Both the position numbers and the translations under genes were made by a program. Under the pieces are notes generated by a model. The model was not told the DNA's origin. It saw only the letters and a list, made by a program, of their open reading frames with translations, and made no database searches. A DNA stretch of 64,000 nt from positions 186,001 to 250,000 of IMG/VR virus record IMGVR_UViG_3300032268_000986. One strand, written 5' to 3'. Positions 57,838 through 64,000 of this stretch are shown here, piece after piece (the stretch's first letter is position 1; each line of letters starts with the position of its first letter).

Positions 57838-58142
57838 TTTTCTTCAGGTTCTAGTTTGATTTGCAAAGGATAACTTTGCGAGCGAGCACTTATTGTAACT
57901 TCAATACCTTTTTGTTCAGCCAGTTCGTATGGTAACACCGCTACCACAGCCGAACCAGCTTCATGGATATCCACAGTGATACGTTCAGCAGTTTCTGCGT
58001 TGTAGTTGAAATATTCAATCAGACTTTCAATCACAAATTCCATAGTGGTTTGATTGTCATTGATATACACCACACGATACATTGGAGGCTCCTTGATATC
58101 CGTGGCAGGTTTAATTTTAATAACTGAGTCAGTTTGTGGCAT
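57834..58142 (-). CDS. clpS: ClpS adaptor
   Basis: PPMYRVVYINDNQTTMEFV..L...F....A..I...IH..G.AVV...YE.AEQK...YPL. Confidence 0.92.
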   Translation of the reverse strand: MPQTDSVIKIKPATDIKEPPMYRVVYINDNQTTMEFVIESLIEYFNYNAETAERITVDIHEAGSAVVAVLPYELAEQKGIEVTISARSQSYPLQIKLEPEEN

Positions 58143-58198
58143 TTTTTGTCCTTGTTGCAGTGGCAGCACTGTGCTGCCACTGTATTTACACAATTATA

Positions 58199-58651
58199 TT
58201 AGGCTGTGTATGTGATAGCAATGGCCTTTGGCTTGGCTTCCTCAGGAACTTCACGTTTTAAGTGAACACTCAAGATACCAAGTTCAAGATGTGCATTGGT
58301 GATTTCCACATGATCTGCCAACTGAAATTCTCTACGGAAATCTCTGTTGCTGATGCCTTTGTGCAAGTAGTTTGGCACAATCTTTTCGCTGTCAGGCTGA
58401 TATTCTTTGCCTTCAATGATCAAGAACTTTTTGTCCTTGGTAACTGAAAGATTGTCAAGTCCAAATCCGGCCACCGCAAGACTTATCATGTACTCATCTT
58501 CATTGATTTGTACAATGTTGTAGGGTGGATAGTTTGTTGAGCTTTGCTGAGCACTCACACGCATGAGTTCATCAAACATGTTATCAAAACCGATACCAAA
58601 TTTGGTGAGTGTGGGAATGTCGAAAGATCGAAGGGTGAGAGTTTTTGTCAT
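58199..58651 (-). CDS. small heat-shock protein (IbpA/Hsp20)
   Basis: IGFD, NYPPYNI, LAVAGF, YLHKGIS.R.F.R.F.LA, GIL...L...PEE.KP. Confidence 0.95.
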   Translation of the reverse strand: MTKTLTLRSFDIPTLTKFGIGFDNMFDELMRVSAQQSSTNYPPYNIVQINEDEYMISLAVAGFGLDNLSVTKDKKFLIIEGKEYQPDSEKIVPNYLHKGISNRDFRREFQLADHVEITNAHLELGILSVHLKREVPEEAKPKAIAITYTA

Positions 58652-58710
58652 TTGTTTTCTCCTTTATTAAGCAAGATGACTTTGATGTAGCCCCACCATG
58701 GGCACTACAT
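58652..58710 (-). promoter_or_regulatory. ROSE-like RNA thermometer in the hsp20 leader
   Basis: 5' hairpin plus UCUUGCU-N-AAGGAGA. Confidence 0.55.
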
Positions 58711-58776
58711 GTTTATTTATTATACACGAAAAAAAAAACTATATTTTGTTATTTAGGTCAAACTAAATGTTTGTTA

Positions 58777-59001
58777 TTAGAACAATTTTTTAGGAAGCTC
58801 TTGCTCGCGTAGTTTTCGCTGCCAGCGTTTTTTTGCAGCAGCGGCCTTGAGTTTGCGTTCAGTAGTGGGCTTGACGTAGCATTCACGGCTGCGCAAATCA
58901 TCCAGCAGTCCCGATGTTTGAATTTTTTTCTTGAACTTGCGCAGGGCCTTGTCTACGTTGCCATCTTGCACCAGTACTGATCTACCGTGTAATTTAGTCA
59001 T
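58777..59001 (-). CDS. rpsU: ribosomal protein bS21
   Basis: VDKALRKFKKK....G.L..LRSRECYVKPTTERK. Confidence 0.9.
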   Translation of the reverse strand: MTKLHGRSVLVQDGNVDKALRKFKKKIQTSGLLDDLRSRECYVKPTTERKLKAAAAKKRWQRKLREQELPKKLF

Positions 59002-60196
59002 TTGTTGTGTTGAGTGCGCAGGGATTGTTGATCAAGTCAGTACCAATATTGACTTGTTCAATCCCTTGCTCACGATATTTAACCAAATTGAACATATGAG
59101 GCAACAGCACTCGCTCAAGTTCGCTGTGCAGACCACGAGCTCCTGTACGGCTGGTCATGGTTCGTTTTGCAATGACCTCTAGTGCAGGGACATCAAAATT
59201 TAATTCAACTTTGTCTTGGGCAAACAACCAACGATATTGTGAAACATAGTTGTGTTTTACATCAGTGAGAATCTTTATAAGATCGTCCTGTGTGAGTTCT
59301 TGCAGGGCCACCCAACTGGGAAAACGTCCCACAAACTCAGGAATCATGCCAAACTTGATCAAATCTTCAGGTGTGGTCTGTGTCAAAGTTGCTTGTTCTG
59401 TGTGCTTGGTTAGATCAGCCGCAAACCCAATTGAAGTGCCCTTGACTCGATTCTTGACCACAGTGTCCAAGCCTACAAATGCGCCGCCGGCAATGAACAA
59501 GATGTTTGTGGTGTCAATTTCAACCATGTCGCCCGATGGGTGTTTGCGATTACCAGTGGGAGTTACTCTGCACTTGGTGCCTTCCACCAGCTTGAGCAGG
59601 GCCTGTTGCACACCTTCCCCTGACACATCTCGAGTGATACTGGCACTCTCGCTGCGCCGACTGATCTTGTCAATTTCGTCAATGAACACAATACCGCGTT
59701 GTGTTTTTTCTACGTCGCCGCCGGCAGCGGCAAACAGTCGACTGATCAAACTTTCAACGTCGTCGCCCACGTACCCTGCTTCTGTGAGGCTGGTGGCATC
59801 GGCGATCACAAACGGAACGTCAAGGTAACGAGCCACACTGCGAGCCAGCAGTGTTTTGCCTGACCCAGTGGGGCCCAGCATGAGAATATTGCATTTTTCA
59901 ATCTCAGTGTCAGATTTCAAATTGTTAATGCGTTTGTAGTGGTTGACAATGGCCACTGCCAATACCTGCTTGGCCTGGTCTTGACCGATAACATATTGGT
60001 CAAGATGTGCTTTAATACGAATTGGATCCAGCGTGGGTTCAGAACTGGTCGCTGGCAATACATCATCAGTCAGCAATGAACCGCAGAGGTCTACACACTC
60101 GTTGCAAATTGCAACAGTGTCGCCAACAATGAGTTTGGTCACTGCATCTTTGTGTTTGCCACAAAAACTACAGGTATCAGGTATGTCTTTTTTCAT
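58994..60196 (-). CDS. clpX: ClpX ATPase
   Basis: CSFC...ICNEC zinc domain, GPTGSGKT, DATSLTEAGYVG, RDVSGEGVQQ, IGF loop, GARGL. Confidence 0.96.
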   Translation of the reverse strand: MKKDIPDTCSFCGKHKDAVTKLIVGDTVAICNECVDLCGSLLTDDVLPATSSEPTLDPIRIKAHLDQYVIGQDQAKQVLAVAIVNHYKRINNLKSDTEIEKCNILMLGPTGSGKTLLARSVARYLDVPFVIADATSLTEAGYVGDDVESLISRLFAAAGGDVEKTQRGIVFIDEIDKISRRSESASITRDVSGEGVQQALLKLVEGTKCRVTPTGNRKHPSGDMVEIDTTNILFIAGGAFVGLDTVVKNRVKGTSIGFAADLTKHTEQATLTQTTPEDLIKFGMIPEFVGRFPSWVALQELTQDDLIKILTDVKHNYVSQYRWLFAQDKVELNFDVPALEVIAKRTMTSRTGARGLHSELERVLLPHMFNLVKYREQGIEQVNIGTDLINNPCALNTTND

Positions 60197-61596
60197 TCGG
60201 TATGATGATTGTTAGATTTAGATTCCAGGCGTTGCGCAATTTGTTCTTGCTCACTCTCACTCAGGAAATCAGGATCGTATTGCCCTTCAGCCAGCAATGA
60301 GATCAAGTGATCAATGTATGCAGTATCGTAAGTATAACTGTCAGCTATGGTTTTGTCAACTTCAATCCACTCATCACCATTGTGTTTGAACACACGATTA
60401 GGGATTGAATCAGTTCTAATATAAGTATCACCGCGAACAGCGTCCTGTGGAAACTCTGCGCCAAACCCAGTCTTGGAAGTGGGCTCAATTAATTTCATCC
60501 AAGGCAACTCATCTATTTCTCCCAGTCTGTGTCGGAATCTTTGTCCCTTGAGTGTGAGATGTGGGTTGAGCTCTTTCCATTTTTTAATGGCAGCTTTTTC
60601 TGTTGGGGTTGTATCGTGATGATCGTCGGGCTCTTCTTCAGCATCTTGAGTTGGTTGCTGAGGCTGGTGGACCATGGGAGTTAAATTTTCAAAATGCACA
60701 AATGGTTTGTTTAGATATGGGTGTTGTTCCAGTATAGATTTTTCTTCAACTGCCACTTCTGGAACCACCGGCGTTGGGGTAACAGTACAATCTTCTTCAG
60801 TGGGCGATTTTTCGACGTCTGGTTCCTGGCGTTTTTTATTTTCTCGTGCCCACTTCATGCTTTCAGTTGAAGCCAACACCATCATGATGGCCAGGGGATC
60901 AAACACTATCACCAGCAAAATAATAACCCAACGCACTGCTCGTTCCAGCAAGTTGGCATCAGGGTCGTCGCCGTAAATCAAGGCCGCAATGTATTTTATT
61001 GGACCTACTTCGGCTTCCACCTTACGTATTTCCGCTCGTATGGGTGCGGCTTCTTCATTGAGAGCACCAATGAGTTTTTGGTTGGCTTCAATGCTCTTGG
61101 CTAAAGCAGTCCTGTCACGGGCCTGGGCTCGACGAATAGCATTAGATTTAGTGGCACCTTCTTCTGTTGTGCTCCTGGCCATGACTTGATCAACAGCCTC
61201 ATCCATTTGGCGAAGTTGCCGGCGATCAGCTTCGATATTCTCTCGTGCTGTTTTGATCTTTTCATCATAAACTGCAATTTTGCTCTGCACATCACCGCTT
61301 ATTATGTCCTGGTCCAAGTGGGCCTTGCTCAAGAAACCAAAAATACCCATGGAGGTAATCACCATGAGCATAGCCACTGCTGGCACAAGATACAGTTTCA
61401 TAGCCAGGCGGCACTGGTTCCAGTACTCATGCAGCCACACAGTTACCACTACCTTGGCAACCTCTAACATACCGCCCATGACAATGATGGGAATGACTGC
61501 TGATGCAAAAATTGCAGTCAAACCAATAATGCTGTACCAGGCAGCAATGGCGCTGAGACTCAGCGCCACCAGTAAGGTTATTATACTAAGGAGCAT
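60193..61596 (-). CDS. membrane-anchored coiled-coil protein
   Basis: N-terminal TMs, TSMGIFGFLS, EVGPIKY, VFDPLA. Confidence 0.75.
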   Translation of the reverse strand: MLLSIITLLVALSLSAIAAWYSIIGLTAIFASAVIPIIVMGGMLEVAKVVVTVWLHEYWNQCRLAMKLYLVPAVAMLMVITSMGIFGFLSKAHLDQDIISGDVQSKIAVYDEKIKTARENIEADRRQLRQMDEAVDQVMARSTTEEGATKSNAIRRAQARDRTALAKSIEANQKLIGALNEEAAPIRAEIRKVEAEVGPIKYIAALIYGDDPDANLLERAVRWVIILLVIVFDPLAIMMVLASTESMKWARENKKRQEPDVEKSPTEEDCTVTPTPVVPEVAVEEKSILEQHPYLNKPFVHFENLTPMVHQPQQPTQDAEEEPDDHHDTTPTEKAAIKKWKELNPHLTLKGQRFRHRLGEIDELPWMKLIEPTSKTGFGAEFPQDAVRGDTYIRTDSIPNRVFKHNGDEWIEVDKTIADSYTYDTAYIDHLISLLAEGQYDPDFLSESEQEQIAQRLESKSNNHHTE

Positions 61597-61600
61597 GCAT

Positions 61601-61924
61601 TTATTTATTGTTAGTTTCGGTCAGCATCACTGCATACTTTAGACTGCACCAGGTGCCAAACGTGGGATCTGGCACTTCAAACCACACTCGAATTGTTTCT
61701 TTTTTCCAGTTGTTGTCTAGTCTACGTTTCACATGCGGTTGTCCGCGCCAGCCAGTTTTACCAAACATGGCATTGGCTTCGCGAATGATGTTGTACCAGG
61801 ATTTTACTCCTGCCCTACCCACCGCAATATTGAACCAAATACGGTGCATGACCGGGGGCGTTAATTTAAGAGGGCTGAGAGGCTCAGACATACTCAACGT
61901 AGAGGTTTGAACTTCAACAGACAT
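61601..61924 (-). CDS. hypothetical protein
   Basis: AAAGGAC RBS; WFEVPD..F.TW.SLKY. Confidence 0.65.
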   Translation of the reverse strand: MSVEVQTSTLSMSEPLSPLKLTPPVMHRIWFNIAVGRAGVKSWYNIIREANAMFGKTGWRGQPHVKRRLDNNWKKETIRVWFEVPDPTFGTWCSLKYAVMLTETNNK

Positions 61925-62107
61925 AGAGTCCTTTCACTGTTTGTGTCCTTAATGAGCATACACCGGACCAGTGCCCGGTTTTGGCCGAAACCAAGGACAG
62001 TGCCTCATCCTATGTGATTTACATCTACATGCCACGGAACCAGCGGGCCCGGGTTGTCGACTCACCCCGCCAGGTCCATTAGATAACACGATTTCCCCGA
62101 TCATGCC
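61925..62107 (-). ncRNA. putative structured leader/ncRNA (~185 nt)
   Basis: consensus promoter at 62113-62141 followed by several G-U-containing stems and a UUCG loop. Confidence 0.45.
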
Positions 62108-62112
62108 ATGTA

Positions 62113-62141
62113 ATTATACACACAGATCAGTGAAGTGTCAA
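62113..62141 (-). promoter_or_regulatory. sigma70 consensus promoter
   Basis: TTGACA-17-TATAAT. Confidence 0.8.
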
Positions 62142-62157
62142 TTGATTTGGAAACTTA

Positions 62158-62619
62158 TTAAGTTTTAGAGTTCTTGCGTGTCATTTCACACACCAGCAAG
62201 AATTTGTTGTAGGCTTCTTGCACAGCTGGGTGAGTCATGAGTTTGGCAGCTTCTTTTTGAAGCGCCGTTACACCTGCTTCCACAACGTCATGAGTGCTTG
62301 CACCGTTCAAAGTGCAAAGTTCATCGCCAAACTCTTTGGCCAGTTGGTGCCATGCACGTTGTTGACCCAGTGTGAGCGGAGTTCTCTGTGGGCGCAGTTC
62401 GCTGGCCTTGCGCATGGCTTCACACATGGCATCTTCGGCCACACGTCCAGCCGCAATCATGGCAGCATAATTGGGATCAATATGGTAACGACGACTCTGT
62501 CCGCCGGGGTAGCACATCACAAGATGTGTACCTTGAGAGAAACTGTCCAAGTACTCACTGTCGTACTCACTCACAGGCACATACCTGCGGCCACGTTTTT
62601 CATAATAGATCTTTTTCAT
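62158..62619 (-). CDS. conserved phage protein
   Basis: Y.K.GRRYVPV.EY. Confidence 0.7.
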   Translation of the reverse strand: MKKIYYEKRGRRYVPVSEYDSEYLDSFSQGTHLVMCYPGGQSRRYHIDPNYAAMIAAGRVAEDAMCEAMRKASELRPQRTPLTLGQQRAWHQLAKEFGDELCTLNGASTHDVVEAGVTALQKEAAKLMTHPAVQEAYNKFLLVCEMTRKNSKT

Positions 62620-63062
62620 CGATATTCTTTATCCAATTTAACATTGGTCAACCCTGCTAGAGTTTGAAATTGATCCCAGGCCGCTTTCACAGCGGGTCGA
62701 GTTTCAAGTTCAGAATCCGGCAACACCGTTTCCAACCAGATTTCGCGTCGACGGCTTGGATGCGCACCAAACTTGCGAGGCTGATGTAGCTTGCCAGTTT
62801 CCCACAGCTCAATGCTGACACTACGAAATCGATCTTCGTCTTCAAAACCGTAGCTTTCCCATTCAGGATTACTACCGCTGAAAAATCCACGCATGCTCTG
62901 CATGCCAGAGCCGCCGCCGTAACCTTGCCAAATTCCTTGCCACTGCTCGTCATCACGTGGGTCAAAATCTGTACGAGTAATCAACACCAACACATCAGAG
63001 ATGTCTACCTTGCCGTCCACAATATCGCGCACACACCGACTGTAACTGAGACCAATTTTCAT
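62616..63062 (-). CDS. conserved phage protein
   Basis: IG.S.SRCVRDIV.G.V...DV...GKLHQPR. Confidence 0.7.
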   Translation of the reverse strand: MKIGLSYSRCVRDIVDGKVDISDVLVLITRTDFDPRDDEQWQGIWQGYGGGSGMQSMRGFFSGSNPEWESYGFEDEDRFRSVSIELWETGKLHQPRKFGAHPSRRREIWLETVLPDSELETRPAVKAAWDQFQTLAGLTNVKLDKEYR

Positions 63063-63065
63063 TTT

Positions 63066-63296
63066 TTATCCGCCAAAGTACTTGATCACAGCGTCCAGAT
63101 GGTGAACCATGATTTCGTTATCAACTACATCTTCAGGGTGTAGCCAGTATCCGTCGGGATTGGCTTCTGTGCGAGGATTTTTCTTCCACATCCGAAGTTC
63201 TTCTTTAAGATAGTTTCGTTGTTCTTTCAGTGTGAGCACAGTGATTCGATCCGCGGCTTCACCGTCTAGTGTGATGGGGCCAACACGTTTGCTCAT
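63066..63296 (-). CDS. hypothetical protein
   Basis: 76 aa, coupled to the ligase. Confidence 0.6.
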   Translation of the reverse strand: MSKRVGPITLDGEAADRITVLTLKEQRNYLKEELRMWKKNPRTEANPDGYWLHPEDVVDNEIMVHHLDAVIKYFGG

Positions 63297-64000
63297 ACTT
63301 TTTCTCCTGCGTCAAAATCACGGAATCTCAAGAACCTGGGGAATCGGAGACTGTACGATCCGTCTTGGTTTTGAGTAACTGCGTCCGCTTGGACTTCAAC
63401 CAAGTGACCAAGTAAGTCATCCCTATTGGCCCAATACTCATCACGAAGAGCATCACTAAAGCCAGTACCAACATTAACACGAATTCTACGGTCATTGTCT
63501 TCTCCTTCACAAATTATAGCACCAAGACGATTTAAATTCCTACCGGTGCCAGGTTCAAATCCCACAATGGTCAAATCAACACTAATAGTGGGTTTCCATT
63601 TCATCCACGAATCACTGCGTTTGCAGATGTAGGGTGCATCCATGCTTTTAATCATGATGCCTTCAAAACCTTCGGCCACTGCATCTTCGGCAAAACGTTG
63701 CATGATATCATGTCCCTGGGCAGTGTCCAGGTCCACGTCCAGGCCCGTCATGGCACGTAGACAATCAGTTTCCAACAACCGATCTCGAGCAGATTCAATC
63801 CACTCAACACGCTTGTATTGTTGCATGTTGCAGTGACCTTCTTTGAAAGCATCCAAGGGCAATACATCAAAAATATGATATACCATGTTGTCGGTCTTGG
63901 CATCCGATTTGCGATGTGCCTGCTTCATGAGTTTCTGGAAGCTCTCGCCCACAATCTCACCGTCCAGTACAAAATGACCACCGGTGCCACGGCCGTATTG
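63293..64000 (-). CDS. ATP-dependent DNA ligase (3' part; runs off window end)
   Basis: VLDGEI, IFD, EGIMIK, WMKWK, VGTGFSD, SLRFPRF. Confidence 0.93.
   Translation of the reverse strand, partial: QYGRGTGGHFVLDGEIVGESFQKLMKQAHRKSDAKTDNMVYHIFDVLPLDAFKEGHCNMQQYKRVEWIESARDRLLETDCLRAMTGLDVDLDTAQGHDIMQRFAEDAVAEGFEGIMIKSMDAPYICKRSDSWMKWKPTISVDLTIVGFEPGTGRNLNRLGAIICEGEDNDRRIRVNVGTGFSDALRDEYWANRDDLLGHLVEVQADAVTQNQDGSYSLRFPRFLRFRDFDAGEKV

Noticed and set aside
58729-58738. Poly-A10 tract as a phase-variation switch
   Set aside because: A single homopolymer in an AT-rich intergenic region with no clear -35 box; cannot be distinguished from chance or a sequencing artefact.
61928-62012. Hammerhead ribozyme (GAUGAG...GAAA)
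   Set aside because: The core reads AGGAUGA rather than CUGAUGA, and no proper stem I/III with an NUH site is evident.
1-64000. Stop-codon recoding, DGR/retron, introns or inteins, tRNAs
   Set aside because: Genes are intact with TAA, TGA and TAG stops. I saw no reverse transcriptase, template/variable repeat pair, interrupted core gene or cloverleaf by eye; a tRNAscan/Infernal run was not possible.

Overview
A 64 kb segment of a large T4-like/GAP32-like myovirus genome, probably an uncultured aquatic phage of a proteobacterium (Burkholderiales-like host is an inference). It uses the standard genetic code. 1-5.7 kb: PhoH, HAD nucleotidase, clamp loader, GroES-like protein and a truncated DnaE fragment. 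5.8-21.5 kb: tail/baseplate module with Gly/Thr/Asn-repeat fibres and an S8 protease. 21.5-26 kb: SOD, IF-1, WYL-like protein, SleB lysin and NadE. 26-40 kb: mostly minus-strand small early genes driven by a repeated sigma70-type promoter. 40-64 kb: host-takeover and auxiliary genes (two ClpP, ClpX, ClpS, Hsp20, bS21, UvsE, two amidinotransferases, Ugd, PlcP-like phosphoesterase plus Agt-like GT4, DNA ligase). The most interesting candidates are: (1) a phage-borne PlcP+Agt(+Ugd) phospholipid-to-glycolipid remodelling module; (2) an uncalled ArfA-like ORF that, with IF-1, bS21 and many apparently leaderless genes, suggests a translation-control kit; (3) a promoter-proximal, highly structured ~185-nt leader RNA with a decoy/true Shine-Dalgarno switch; (4) a ParB/DGQH plus EHxxP-HNH two-gene module; (5) ROSE-like thermometers and PhaR-like boxes; (6) promoter cassettes whose -35 box supplies the upstream stop codon. 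All family calls come from motif recognition by eye; no database searches were run.
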